Virus record (IMG/VR): IMGVR_UViG_3300009678_000002
Location: 27,406 to 91,405 of that record
Reading direction: 5' to 3' (one strand)
Length of the DNA: 64,000 nucleotides
From: a virus
Taxonomy: Duplodnaviria; Caudoviricetes
The position numbers and the translations under genes were made by a program. Below, one piece after another: positions 8,639 through 18,513 of the stretch (position 1 is the first letter of the stretch; every line of letters begins with the position of its first letter). The notes beneath the pieces are model-generated. The model worked only from the letters and a program-made list of their open reading frames with translations. It made no database searches and had not been told where the DNA came from.

Positions 8639-11373
8639 GAGAACCGCCGTCCGCGCCCGCCCGGTATGTTGCCGTCACCGTTAGCCACGTACGCGTACCG
8701 GCGCTGCGCGGTCGTCCCCGTCGATCCGGCGTCCGCCTGGAACTCCATGAACGTCGCCGCCGCCGGCGTCCACGTGTCATCGAGCTGCACTGTCGCCGTG
8801 CCGGCCTCTGCGTCGAGGGCAGTGATCACGCCCGTGACCTCGGGCGACGTCGCGTCGTCCCGATCCACGAGCCGGATGAAGTCGCCGACCTCGAAGTGGT
8901 CGAGCACCTGTCCGTCGAGGTTCCCGCTGAGCAGGATGTTCAGCGCATCGGCCGTGTCGAACTCGAGCTGCCACTCGTCGCCGCCCAGGTCGGTCTGGTC
9001 AGTGACGCTCCCGCTCGCGGCGTAGCCAGCGATCGGCGTGGCTGGAGACCAGAGCTCGAGCGTGCCGGGCCCGACGTCGCCGGGCGCCGAGGGGTCGAGT
9101 TCCCACGTGCGGCCAACGCAGATGCATGCGCGCGACACGATGCCGCGGGTACCGTCGCCTCCGGGGATGAGCGAGTGCGTGAGCTTGACGACGTCGCCGC
9201 AGAGCACCGCGAAGTGCTCGAGTGTCACGCGGACTGTGATGACCACGTAGTCGCGGCCGAGGAGGGCGAGGTACCTGCGCGCGATGTCCTCGGTGGTGTT
9301 GACGCCTTTGCCCGGCGGGTTCCATGCGTGCGAGGCCGGCCGGCTGAACGGCTTGATCTCCATCTGCGACTGACCGCGCCCCTTGTGGGTCGCGATGACG
9401 TCAGCGTCTTGGAAGGTCTCGGGCTCGTCGCTCCACTCGTCTTCGACCGGGTCGTACCGGTGCTGGATCGTGACTGTTGTCAGCACGCCATCGCGCTGCG
9501 GCTCGAAGCGCGGCAGCATCTGCGAGCGCGGCGTCGTGATCGACGTCGTGTCGATCTCGTGCGTCGACAGCACGACCGTCGCCTCGGTCGGCAGCGGCAG
9601 CGGGATGATCCCGATCCGGCCGTCGCTCTCGATGCGCATCATGTGCGCGGAGAACTTGAGCTCCTCGCGCAGGACGTCCTCGACGGCTTTCTCCCGCGTG
9701 AAAATGTAGCGACGAAACGCGAGCTCTTGAACCGCTCCGCCGATCTCCCAATCGGACAGCTCGGCGTCTGTGATCCAAGGCGTGTCGCCGTCGTTGGCGT
9801 TCACGCTCTCGTTCTTGATCTCCTGCACCAGGTCGGCGACCGTGCCCTCGCCGTACGAGCGTTGGATCAGAAGCTCGGGTGCGGGGTCGCTCGACAGCAG
9901 TCCCTGAAAAACCAAGTCATCCGGGGCGAGCTCGATAAAGTCGTACGTGGTGCCGTCGACGACCTCCTGGTCGACGAGCGTAACGAAGAAGCTGGCGGCC
10001 AGGCTGAGGCCCCAGCGGAACTGAAAGTTGGAGATGCGGACCGCGCGCGCGCCCTCTAGCGACTGGTCCATCCACACGCGCCACGGCGGCCAGTCGATGA
10101 TCGCCTGCGGGTCCGGGTTCACGCAGGAGATGCCGCGGATGTTGTCGGTCATCACGCCGAGGTTGATCCCGGCCGCCGCGTCTCCGAGCGCGTAGGCCGG
10201 CCCGCCGTGCTGCCACTGGTCATCGCTGGCAGTGGGGCCGAGGGGGAGCGTCCACGTGCCCGACGTCAGTCCCTCGCTGAGCGAGCCTGGCCGTGCGTTG
10301 CCGGAGCTGACGTCCAGCCAGTCACCTCTGCCTGCGACGTCGACCGCGTACCCGAGCAGCGGCGAGCCGAACTCGATCGTGAAGAACGGCTCGAGCGGGT
10401 TGTTAGCGAACAGCTCGAGGTAAAGGCCGTTGTCGTCCGGCACCAGCGTGATGTGATCGATCTCGGCGAGGAGCGGCTCGATGACTGTGGCGGCGGCGAG
10501 CTCGTCTGCGATGAACGTGTTCAGGTTCGCGAGGAGCGTGACCTCGTCGATGTCGAAGTTGGAGTAATAGAACGGGCCGAAGGTCTGATCGTTGTAGCGG
10601 AACTTGAAGTGCACCGCGCACAGCGCGTGGTGATAGATGCCGATGATCGACGACTCCTGAATGCCGCCGGCGAGCGACTGCCGCAGAGGTTGCGTGACCG
10701 GATGCGTCTCGACGAGCCAGCTAACGCCATCGCGCGTGTCGAGCTTCGGCGGCCGCGCCACCTGGCCGACCCAGATCTGCTCGCCGTCTCCGGTGTCCTC
10801 GTGCCCATACCAGTACAGGTACGCGCGCCGGTTCTCGAGCGTCGACGGGTGATCGTAGACGCGCACCGCGCGTGTGCGGTCGACGTGCGTGATGTTGTGC
10901 TTTTGCGGCTGCGTGTCCCAGATGTGCCGCTCGATCGTGCCGATGTCGTCCCAGGCGGTGACGCGGACGGCCTCGGTGCCGATGTGGAGGATCGTCCCGA
11001 CGTCGATCGCGCCGCCGCCGTCGAGCTCGAGCTCGGTCGACTCGGACTCCATGTCGACGATGACTTCGCCGATCTCCTCGGGGATGAGCGAGAACGTTTC
11101 GAGCAGCGGGTCGAGCGAGTCCTCGGAGGTGTGCTCGAACGGCGGGGAGATGCGGAACGTGATGCCGCGCGCGTCGACCCGCGCGTCGCGCATGATCACG
11201 TGGTCGCTGAGCACGAGGCCGTCGAGCTGCAGGCCGGGCAGCAGCGTGCGGCCGTCGAGGTCGCTCGGGTCAGGCACCGACGGGTGGCTTACGAACTGGT
11301 AGGGGCAGCCCTCGATGACCAGCCGAAACCTAAGAGTTCCGAACCCTTGCTCGGTGACTTTGGCGATGCTCAT
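8635..11373 (-). CDS. Putative tail tip hub/central tail protein
   Basis: 912 aa, second minus-strand gene after tape measure. Contains LCGDVVKLTH, like the GD-V-V motif of phage tail tip proteins. Confidence 0.7.
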   Translation of the reverse strand: MSIAKVTEQGFGTLRFRLVIEGCPYQFVSHPSVPDPSDLDGRTLLPGLQLDGLVLSDHVIMRDARVDARGITFRISPPFEHTSEDSLDPLLETFSLIPEEIGEVIVDMESESTELELDGGGAIDVGTILHIGTEAVRVTAWDDIGTIERHIWDTQPQKHNITHVDRTRAVRVYDHPSTLENRRAYLYWYGHEDTGDGEQIWVGQVARPPKLDTRDGVSWLVETHPVTQPLRQSLAGGIQESSIIGIYHHALCAVHFKFRYNDQTFGPFYYSNFDIDEVTLLANLNTFIADELAAATVIEPLLAEIDHITLVPDDNGLYLELFANNPLEPFFTIEFGSPLLGYAVDVAGRGDWLDVSSGNARPGSLSEGLTSGTWTLPLGPTASDDQWQHGGPAYALGDAAAGINLGVMTDNIRGISCVNPDPQAIIDWPPWRVWMDQSLEGARAVRISNFQFRWGLSLAASFFVTLVDQEVVDGTTYDFIELAPDDLVFQGLLSSDPAPELLIQRSYGEGTVADLVQEIKNESVNANDGDTPWITDAELSDWEIGGAVQELAFRRYIFTREKAVEDVLREELKFSAHMMRIESDGRIGIIPLPLPTEATVVLSTHEIDTTSITTPRSQMLPRFEPQRDGVLTTVTIQHRYDPVEDEWSDEPETFQDADVIATHKGRGQSQMEIKPFSRPASHAWNPPGKGVNTTEDIARRYLALLGRDYVVITVRVTLEHFAVLCGDVVKLTHSLIPGGDGTRGIVSRACICVGRTWELDPSAPGDVGPGTLELWSPATPIAGYAASGSVTDQTDLGGDEWQLEFDTADALNILLSGNLDGQVLDHFEVGDFIRLVDRDDATSPEVTGVITALDAEAGTATVQLDDTWTPAAATFMEFQADAGSTGTTAQRRYAYVANGDGNIPGGRGRRFS

Positions 11374-11388
11374 GAGAGGCCGTATTCT
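11360..11388 (+). promoter_or_regulatory. Putative sigma70-type promoter for a leaderless transcript
   Basis: TTGGCG-N17-TATTCT, then 6 nt, then the ATG at 11395. Confidence 0.5.
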
Positions 11389-11394
11389 CTGGGG

Positions 11395-11802
11395 ATGGCA
11401 TCGCTCTCGATGTGGATGGTTCTGGCGTCCGCGCTGCTCGCGGTCGCGTGCTCAAGCGGCGGCAGCGGAACGCGCGCCGGCGATGACGCGGGGCCGGCAG
11501 CGGCCGGCCAGGGCGCGATCGATTCTCAGGACGGGCCAGACGCATGGAGCTGCGACTGCGAGTGCGAGCGCACCGACGAGGACGCGCCGCCCGAGATGTT
11601 CGCCGACCTGGCCTACTGCTCGGACTCATTCAACTGGCTACCGGACAGGTCGGTCTCGACGCAGTCTCGGCTCGAGTTCTTTCCGAGCGACGGCACCGAG
11701 CAGTGGCAGTGCACGTGCGCCTGCACGCGTGGCGCGGTCGACGGCTGCGTGTGCGGGCCGTGGGTCAGCGGCTATCAGGCATGGCGCGCCGAGTGTGACT
11801 AG
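11395..11802 (+). CDS. Cys-rich lipoprotein moron, antisense within the tail operon
   Basis: LASALLAVA-CSS lipobox, CxCxC motifs. Fills the gap between two tail genes exactly, and its stop overlaps the convergent stop (CTAG 11799-11802). Confidence 0.8.
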   Translation: MASLSMWMVLASALLAVACSSGGSGTRAGDDAGPAAAGQGAIDSQDGPDAWSCDCECERTDEDAPPEMFADLAYCSDSFNWLPDRSVSTQSRLEFFPSDGTEQWQCTCACTRGAVDGCVCGPWVSGYQAWRAECD

Positions 11803-12704
11803 ACGTCGTCGGGCACCAGCGCGCCGCGCACGTAGCTCGGATAGTTGATGTTCCAGCGCGAGTTCACGTTGAAGCTCGAACGCTCCGGCGCCCAGGCCGT
11901 GCCCTCGGGTCGCAGCGTGAAGATCTCCGCGTAGGGATTCCCGAACCCGCCATCGCTGACCACGTAGGGCAAGCCCTGCCGCGCGTCGCGCTGCAACTGA
12001 CGGTGCGTGTACGGGTGCGCCTGCACCGCGCTCAGAGGTTCGACCTTTGCGATCGGTTCCCACTGCTGCGTGTAGTCGCGCTCGACCGGCGCGCCCGGCC
12101 GCGCGAGCCCGCCGCCGCTGATGCCGTCGTCGCCGATGCCGTAGCTGCCGACCGGTCCCGACTCGCGATCTGCGCTCGGGTTGCTGACCGCGGGCAGCGT
12201 CGGCTTGACGATGAACCACGGGTGGTACGGCGCGGTGTATGAGATCTCGCCCGAGACCGACGCGAGCGGGAACAGCGATTCCCAGCCGAGGTACCGCGCA
12301 CCGTTGTCGGTCGTGAACACCAGGCCGATGTCGACGCCCGTGCCTGGCAGGTAGCCGACGACGTAGAGGCCGGTGTCGTTGTCGAACGCGACCGCGATCG
12401 AACTCGGGTCGGTCCAGCTGTTGTCGGCGGCCTCGGCCTGAATCAGCGCGGTCAGGATCGCGCCGACCGATGCACGCCCGAGCTTGCGGAGCGTGTCGGT
12501 GTCCGATCCGTCCTGCAGCTGGATCGAGAAAGTCTGCAGCTCGTGATGCATGAGCAGCGACGACGCGACGTCGTCATGGTCGAACGCGAGCAGCGAGCTC
12601 AGCTCGATCTCGATGTTCGAGTGCGTGCCGTCGCTGAGGATGAAGCTCCCCAGGTTGTGCGCCGAGTCTGCGACGTCGTGGATCTGGTGGTAACAGGCCG
12701 ACAT
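11799..12704 (-). CDS. Putative distal tail protein
   Basis: 301 aa, immediately after the tape measure (synteny). Confidence 0.6.
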   Translation of the reverse strand: MSACYHQIHDVADSAHNLGSFILSDGTHSNIEIELSSLLAFDHDDVASSLLMHHELQTFSIQLQDGSDTDTLRKLGRASVGAILTALIQAEAADNSWTDPSSIAVAFDNDTGLYVVGYLPGTGVDIGLVFTTDNGARYLGWESLFPLASVSGEISYTAPYHPWFIVKPTLPAVSNPSADRESGPVGSYGIGDDGISGGGLARPGAPVERDYTQQWEPIAKVEPLSAVQAHPYTHRQLQRDARQGLPYVVSDGGFGNPYAEIFTLRPEGTAWAPERSSFNVNSRWNINYPSYVRGALVPDDV

Positions 12705-12706
12705 GA

Positions 12707-14374
12707 TCAGGCTCGCTGAAGGCGCGGGTAAACACCGTCGCGCTCGCCGCGCTCGATCGTCCGCATGAGCTCGCGCGACTGCTCGGTCGTGCTCGGCACT
12801 GTGCTGTGGAAGTGGTAGTGCCTCTCGCTGCCGACGTTGCGCGGCCTCGTGAAGTCGCTGCCCGAGTCACGCGATGGCGCGATCGGCGTGGCGCCTCGAC
12901 CGCGCGCAGCGCCCGCACCCGCGCCGCCGCCCGAACCGACTGCGCCCATGCCCAGGCCGGTCGCGACCATCACTCCGCCGATGGCCATGTGTGCCGGGCC
13001 CTGCGGGTTCAGCGAGATGGTCTCCGCGATTCCCTTGAGGAGGTACATCGTGCCCTCCGCGAACAGCTGATCGCCGATGGCGCCGATGACGGCCTTGCCC
13101 GAGACCTTTTGCCCCTTGGCAAGCGCCTGCAGTGACTTCAGGCCGGCCGCGCCGAACGTCTCGAACACGCTGACGCCGGCCTTGCGCATGTCGTCCCAGC
13201 GCCGGGTCGTCGACTCGTCGATCTTCTCGTACTCGTCGGCCTGGTGCTTGTAGTTCTCGACCGCTGTCTCGCGTTCCTTTTTGTCGAGCTCGAGCGCTTG
13301 CATGTGCGCGTCGAGCCGCGACCGGATGACCGCCTTGTCGGCCTTCTCCTTCTCGCGCGCCGCAACGGTCTCCGCAGACGGGCCTGCGTTCAGCTGAGCT
13401 TGGAACCCGGCGAGCTCGCTGTCGCGGCGCTGGCTCGCTTCCATTCCCGCTTGGACGTTGTCGAGGTTGCGCTGGTGACGCTGCTCGAACGTCTCGTGTG
13501 CACGCGCGCCGGGATTGTTTTTCTTCTTGTTCTTATCGTTCTTCTCGCGCTCCTTGGCGGCCTCGAGCTCCTCGAAAAGCCCGGCCCTGGTCTGCTGCTC
13601 CTTGGCGAGCTCGTTCATGTTGCCGGTGTGGAGTTCCCCCGCGCCGATCTCCACTCCGAGGCCTTTGACCGCACCGAACTCCTTGCGCTTGCCGATCTCG
13701 GAGAGGCGCGCTGCGCTCGCGTCGAGGTCCTTTTGAATGTTGGCCGACGTGCGGACCTGGACGAACAGCGCCTTGTTCGATTCGAGCACCGCGTTGCTGG
13801 CGTCCTGATGAGCCTTCGCGCGGTCGCGCTCCGCCTTCGCCAACTCCTCGGACCGGACGCGCGCGTCCTCCATTGCGGTAGCGAACACGCCGAGCACCGC
13901 GATCGCGCCGCCGGCTACGATGCCAGCGCCGCCGCTGATCACGCTCGTGATGCCAGCGATCGCGCCGCCGGTACGACCGAGCGCGCCCGTGTACTGCGCG
14001 AGGTCCGGGGCGATGACCCTGATCTGATTGCCGAACGCAGCGAAGGACGGGGCCAGTCGACCCATGCCTTGCGCGAACTGCCGCGTCTGCGCCGCCTGGC
14101 TTTCTGTCGCGCGGGCGAGCTGGTCGATGTTGGCGCGGAGGCTTGTCGTGCTCTTGCTAACGCCCTCGATGCCGAGGCGCTGTTTCACCAGCGCATTGAT
14201 GGCGTCCTTGTTGATCAGGTCGATGTGGCGCTTCGTGCTCGACGCGAAGATCTTGTCGAACTTGTCCTGCGACAGGGTGTTCTTCGCGATCTCCTTGTCG
14301 ATCGATGCGTACGCGCGCGCGACAGCATCGGCCCCGGTTACCTCCAACCGGTATTGAACTGTTTCGTCTGCCAC
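12707..14374 (-). CDS. Tape measure protein
   Basis: Ala/Gly-rich helical and coiled-coil protein with hydrophobic stretches, following the chaperone genes. Confidence 0.85.
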   Translation of the reverse strand: MADETVQYRLEVTGADAVARAYASIDKEIAKNTLSQDKFDKIFASSTKRHIDLINKDAINALVKQRLGIEGVSKSTTSLRANIDQLARATESQAAQTRQFAQGMGRLAPSFAAFGNQIRVIAPDLAQYTGALGRTGGAIAGITSVISGGAGIVAGGAIAVLGVFATAMEDARVRSEELAKAERDRAKAHQDASNAVLESNKALFVQVRTSANIQKDLDASAARLSEIGKRKEFGAVKGLGVEIGAGELHTGNMNELAKEQQTRAGLFEELEAAKEREKNDKNKKKNNPGARAHETFEQRHQRNLDNVQAGMEASQRRDSELAGFQAQLNAGPSAETVAAREKEKADKAVIRSRLDAHMQALELDKKERETAVENYKHQADEYEKIDESTTRRWDDMRKAGVSVFETFGAAGLKSLQALAKGQKVSGKAVIGAIGDQLFAEGTMYLLKGIAETISLNPQGPAHMAIGGVMVATGLGMGAVGSGGGAGAGAARGRGATPIAPSRDSGSDFTRPRNVGSERHYHFHSTVPSTTEQSRELMRTIERGERDGVYPRLQRA

Positions 14375-14377
14375 GGC

Positions 14378-14895
14378 TCACCCCTGCTGCGACTGCTTAT
14401 TCGCTCGCTCGAGCGCGACCTTGTGCGCGTCGATGCGCATGATCATCGTCTGCAGGAACAGCACGCCCTGCATCTCGCGGTGACTGATGTCCGGCCGATA
14501 GATGTCGAGCTGCCCCTTGTCGAACATCTGCCAGGCGTCGAACACGCGCTCGACGAACGTGTCGCGCAGCGACATCCACGGGCAGCCGCGGCAGTCGATG
14601 CCGGTCCAGTCCTCGATCACCTCGAGCGCGGCGTCCGCCTGCTCGCGGCATTCACGAACGACCAGGTCAGCGTCGCCGCTGCAGTTGCAGCCGTAGGACC
14701 GCCGCAGCATGCGGCGCATCTGGCGGTCGGCGGGCAGGTCTTGTCGCGCCATGACCGGGTGCCCGATCAGGCTGTTGCGCTGCGCGTCGGTTGCGAGCTC
14801 AGGTTCGATCCCGCACTGCGGGGCGTTCCGCGTGTTCAGAGTTCTTGACACGAACGCGGCAGCGGATAGCGCACGTCGGTCGTGAGGGCTAAACG
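14378..14895 (-). CDS. Tail assembly chaperone, T-like part (likely expressed by -1 frameshift)
   Basis: In the -1 frame of 14836-15306 and open back past CGT-TTA (14890-14895). CxC and CxxCP motifs. Confidence 0.6.
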
Positions 14896-15306
14896 CGACC
14901 GCGTCAGCGCGATCACTCCGATCTCGCAGATCGTGTTGAACTCGAAACGATCGAGCGCCTCATCCTTGAGGATGCCGTTGTCGTAGCGAGCGAGGTCGTT
15001 CTCGTCTGGTAGAGACATCCCGCCCGCTTGACGAATGTTCGCGACCGACTGCACCGCGCACGCAAACGCGCGGCTCCAGTGCTCGGGCCCAGGCTCGTCG
15101 TCGCCGGTCACGTCCTTCATGACGAACCGGAACATGAGCCCCTGTGAAATCTCCTTCAGCGTGAACACCATCGGCTGCAGGCCGGGGATGAACTTCAGCA
15201 GCTTGAAGTCGCGCGAGGTCTTGTACTTTTCGAAGTCGGCACCCATGGCCTCGCGATCGATCGCGGGGTCGCGGTGCTCGACCACTTGGAACGCTTCCGG
15301 TTGCAT
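14836..15306 (-). CDS. Tail assembly chaperone, G-like
   Basis: Upstream of the tape measure, with an overlapping -1 frame ORF and an AGGAG RBS. Confidence 0.7.
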   Translation of the reverse strand: MQPEAFQVVEHRDPAIDREAMGADFEKYKTSRDFKLLKFIPGLQPMVFTLKEISQGLMFRFVMKDVTGDDEPGPEHWSRAFACAVQSVANIRQAGGMSLPDENDLARYDNGILKDEALDRFEFNTICEIGVIALTRSRLALTTDVRYPLPRSCQEL

Positions 15307-15318
15307 TGCAGGTCTCCT

Positions 15319-15795
15319 TCACTCGGCCGCGATCGGCAGGTCGCGCTCCGCCTTCAGGTCAATGAAGTGCGCGCGCGCTGCTGCGCGGATCATCTTGTCC
15401 AGCTTGGGGATCGGGTGCGGCTTACCGTCTGCACCGATCTCGAACGGGAACGCGTTTCGCTTTGGGCGATGCGGCCCGGCCTTCATGTGGTAGCGGAGCT
15501 TGCGCGGCGCCATCAGCACGAGGCCGTTGCGCGTCGATGCGAAGCAGCGGATCAGACCGTAGCTCTCGCCGGTGTCGAACAGCGGCGGCCCCGTGTTGCC
15601 CGACCTGCGCGGCTGCACGGCAGCAAATTGCTGCCCCGCCGGCGAGCGGCTCACATCGATCGCCCGCCGAGACATCGCCTCGATCTGCTTGGCGATGTGC
15701 GCCATGAGCGGCTGCGGGTTCTGCAGGTTCTTGATCCGCTGCGCGATGCGCTTGCGCTGGTAGGTCAGCGACCTGAACTCGCCCTGCTCAGGCAT
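15319..15795 (-). CDS. Phage virion morphogenesis protein (Mu gpG-like tail completion)
   Basis: PLMAHIA...SPAGQQFAAV...PLFDTG motifs; basic protein. Confidence 0.7.
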   Translation of the reverse strand: MPEQGEFRSLTYQRKRIAQRIKNLQNPQPLMAHIAKQIEAMSRRAIDVSRSPAGQQFAAVQPRRSGNTGPPLFDTGESYGLIRCFASTRNGLVLMAPRKLRYHMKAGPHRPKRNAFPFEIGADGKPHPIPKLDKMIRAAARAHFIDLKAERDLPIAAE

Positions 15796-15804
15796 GGCCG
15801 CACC

Positions 15805-17079
15805 TCAGAACAGCGCGATCGCGAACCTGCTGATCGCCTGGTTGTAGTCGGGCACGGTGCCGACCACGTCCGCCGAGTCCGAGTCGTCGTCGCAGCGCAG
15901 CTTGCAGCGCACGGTCAGACCGGTGATCGCGTTGTCGCGCGGCTTGACGTCCCAGACCTGCAGCGTGGGCCAGCTCAGAAGGATGCCGCCGCCGCCGTTC
16001 GCGGTGGGAGCGCTGCCGATCTGGAACCAGCACCCGAGCGCGTCGCGCGCATCCTTGTGGTCCATCCACGTGTGGTCCTCGTCGGCGATGTCGAACTCGA
16101 CGAACGACTCCGCGGGCACACGCAGCCACTGGTAGAACGTGTTGACGCCGTCCGGGCCCTCGTGCTTGACCATCGCGAAGCCAGGTTCGAAGCGGACCTC
16201 GCTGCACTTGACGATCGCGCCGATCGTGGTCGTGCCGTTCGTCTGCTTCCGGAACTCGCTGTCGCGGATGATCTTCGCGGTGTTGTTTGTGTACGTGGCG
16301 CGCGTGAGCACGCCCGAGTTCAGGTCGGCCGCCATCGCGGAGCCGTCTGCCTTTTCCCAGTTGGCGAAGTCCCACGCGGTGCTGATGCGCGCGATGCCGC
16401 GCGGTCCCATGGGCGCGAACGACAGCTGCGTCGGCATGCCGCCGAACAGGCCGTAACGCTCGTGCGTCGCGAGGCCTTCGATGATGGCCTGCATGGACGT
16501 GGTCTGGTCGCCGCTCGTGCCGTGCCAGAAGTAGTTCGCCGCCGCGTACGCGACGCCGGCGGGCACGCCGCTGAGCGAGTGCTTGAGGTGGACCGCGAGC
16601 GCGACGATGTCGTCGACCTGCCGCGCCTCGAGCCGGCCGCCCGAGCCCGTCGTGAACGCCAGCGCGCCGCCGCGCCGGATGCCGGTGGACGCGTCGACAG
16701 TGGGCGCGACCGCGCTGCCGCCGGTGATGGTCTGGCCGGTGCCGAGCTGCTCGCCGCCCATGATCACCTTGAGGATGCGACCGAGCGCGCCCTGCGCCGC
16801 GGCGGTGTCATTGCCGGCGCGCGCGAGGATGGTCTCGAGGTTCATGTCCCAGCTGGCGGTCGCCATCGGGGGCGCGAACTCGCCGACGTTCGCGTCGTCG
16901 ATGTGCTGCAGCGCGTGGCCGGGGTCGACCAGGTCCTCGTGCAACTCGTACTTCATCGAGCCGGTGATGAACGGGCACTCGAGGAAGTCGCCCAGCGTGC
17001 CGCTGTGGTCGGTGCCGAATGAACCGTTCGGCTCCTCGTAGAGGCGGAGTCGGCGGGGCTGCTGTGCCTGAATCGTCAT
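15805..17079 (-). CDS. Major tail tube protein
   Basis: 424 aa; N-terminal YEE..SFGT and LGRILKVIMG pattern typical of long siphovirus tube proteins; synteny. Confidence 0.7.
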   Translation of the reverse strand: MTIQAQQPRRLRLYEEPNGSFGTDHSGTLGDFLECPFITGSMKYELHEDLVDPGHALQHIDDANVGEFAPPMATASWDMNLETILARAGNDTAAAQGALGRILKVIMGGEQLGTGQTITGGSAVAPTVDASTGIRRGGALAFTTGSGGRLEARQVDDIVALAVHLKHSLSGVPAGVAYAAANYFWHGTSGDQTTSMQAIIEGLATHERYGLFGGMPTQLSFAPMGPRGIARISTAWDFANWEKADGSAMAADLNSGVLTRATYTNNTAKIIRDSEFRKQTNGTTTIGAIVKCSEVRFEPGFAMVKHEGPDGVNTFYQWLRVPAESFVEFDIADEDHTWMDHKDARDALGCWFQIGSAPTANGGGGILLSWPTLQVWDVKPRDNAITGLTVRCKLRCDDDSDSADVVGTVPDYNQAISRFAIALF

Positions 17080-17100
17080 CGCTCACCTGCTCGGATGGGT

Positions 17101-17160
17101 TTTGAAAACGCGGAACGCCCCGCGAAGCCGACGGGGACTCGTCAGCCAGCGGGGGCGAAG
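17101..17160 (-). terminator. Hairpin followed by a U-rich stretch (attenuator or terminator)
   Basis: Minus strand CGCCCCCGC..GGCTGACG-AGTCCC-CGTCGGCT..GCGGGGCG, then TTCCGCGTTTTC. Confidence 0.45.
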
Positions 17161-17195
17161 TGGCCTGCCGTGGCCGTGTGGATTGGCGCGCGCTG

Positions 17196-17759
17196 CTACT
17201 CGGGCGCGGCCTGCGGAACTTCGAGAATCGCGGAGCCGATCACCGACCAGCGAACGAGGTTCGCCTCGCGGTCCTCGATGGGCTCGGTCTGCACGGGCAC
17301 GCTCGCGCCGGCGTCCGGATCAGGGCCGAGCAGCAGACCGCTCGCCGCGATGGTCGACTCGCCCTCGAGCGTCGTGCCGATCTGCCCAGGCCACTTGAGC
17401 AAGTACTCGACGGCGACGCCATCGGAGGACACGTAGTCCATGGCCTCGGCGTGCGCGAAGTCGGCGAGCGTGCTGCGCTTGTGCGTGAGGAACTCGATCG
17501 TGACCGGCAGGACGCGGTGCTCGGTCGAAGCCATGTTGCTGACCGGCGACGAGCTGTGCGTGTACATGCGGCCGAAGCGAACGTCGAACCAGTGCCGCGC
17601 TTCGCAGTTCTTCGCGTAGGTCTGCTGCTTGTGCGGCGCCACGGTCGCGAGACCGGGCACGTATCCGAACACGCCCGGCAGCGCGCGCGGCGATCCGAGC
17701 TTGCCCTCGAGGACGTCACGGATCGCGTGCCGGATGTTCCTGATGTAGCTGACGTCCAT
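17196..17759 (-). CDS. Putative tail terminator/neck protein
   Basis: 187 aa between adaptor and tube; N-terminal IRHAIRDVL helix. Confidence 0.55.
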   Translation of the reverse strand: MDVSYIRNIRHAIRDVLEGKLGSPRALPGVFGYVPGLATVAPHKQQTYAKNCEARHWFDVRFGRMYTHSSSPVSNMASTEHRVLPVTIEFLTHKRSTLADFAHAEAMDYVSSDGVAVEYLLKWPGQIGTTLEGESTIAASGLLLGPDPDAGASVPVQTEPIEDREANLVRWSVIGSAILEVPQAAPE

Positions 17760-17762
17760 GGC

Positions 17763-18509
17763 TCACCCGAAGTCGGCCCAGTCGTCCGACATCCGGCCGC
17801 GGAACTCGTCGGGCTCGTCGGGGTTGCCGCTGACCACGCGCGCGCCGAGCTCCTGCGCCGGCGCTGTGTCGGACTGCTTGACCGCTCCGGTCTGCAGTTC
17901 CTTCAGCCACGCGAGCGCCTCGGCTCGAGCATCGGAGACCGACACCTCGACGCCGCCGCCCTGCAGCACGTGCTTCTTGAGGACGTACGCCGCGGCGAAA
18001 CACGCGGTGGCCTCGGTCATCGCAGGCGACCACTCGGTGAGCGGCAGCGGGTGCGCGCCGCCGACGCGGTGCGCGACGTGGCTGCTGGCCTTGATGAGGC
18101 CGCGGACGATGACGCCCTCCTTGGCCTGCTCGAGGACGTCGTCGGGCAGCGCGTCGTCGAGGTCATCGCGCTCGGCGAAGAGGGTGTGCGCGAAGCCTGC
18201 GACCGAGAACGTGCAGTCATCGGTCACGACCCAGCCTGCGCGCACGTACGCGTCGCAGCCGTCGAACGAGCCGCGGAGCTTGGCCGCGGCGGAGACGGGC
18301 GGGAAGGTTCCGATGCGGCGCCATCCGTTCGTGCCGTCCGGCGACGTCTCGATGTAGACCTCGAGCGGCTCGCCCTCCACCTCGGTGACGGTCAGGTGCA
18401 GGTCGACCGCGTGCCGGACCGTGTCGGTCTCGATCTCGACGGCGTCGCCTTCCCCGTCGGCGGCGCGCTCGTCGAGCTCGAGCAGTTCAATGGCGAGCTT
18501 GTGCGCCAT
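17763..18509 (-). CDS. Head-tail adaptor (Mu gp36/DUF1320-like) fused to an N-terminal jelly-roll domain
   Basis: C-terminal half ASSHVAHRVGGAHPLPL...ACFAAAYVL...ALAWLKELQTG. N-terminal IETSPDGTNGW...YVR. Confidence 0.75.
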   Translation of the reverse strand: MAHKLAIELLELDERAADGEGDAVEIETDTVRHAVDLHLTVTEVEGEPLEVYIETSPDGTNGWRRIGTFPPVSAAAKLRGSFDGCDAYVRAGWVVTDDCTFSVAGFAHTLFAERDDLDDALPDDVLEQAKEGVIVRGLIKASSHVAHRVGGAHPLPLTEWSPAMTEATACFAAAYVLKKHVLQGGGVEVSVSDARAEALAWLKELQTGAVKQSDTAPAQELGARVVSGNPDEPDEFRGRMSDDWADFG

Positions 18510-18513
18510 GGGT

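Noticed and set aside
8635-8664. Tail hub C-terminus GGRGRRFS resembling the TerL RGRGFG tail
   Set aside because: Too short and lacks the RW and LPR parts; probably chance.
10207-11394. N-terminal ~396 aa of the 531-aa plus-strand ORF
   Set aside because: Shadow of the tail hub gene; only 11395-11802 looks real.
15274-17022. 582-aa plus-strand ORF
   Set aside because: Antisense to tail genes, with Arg/Ala-rich shadow composition.
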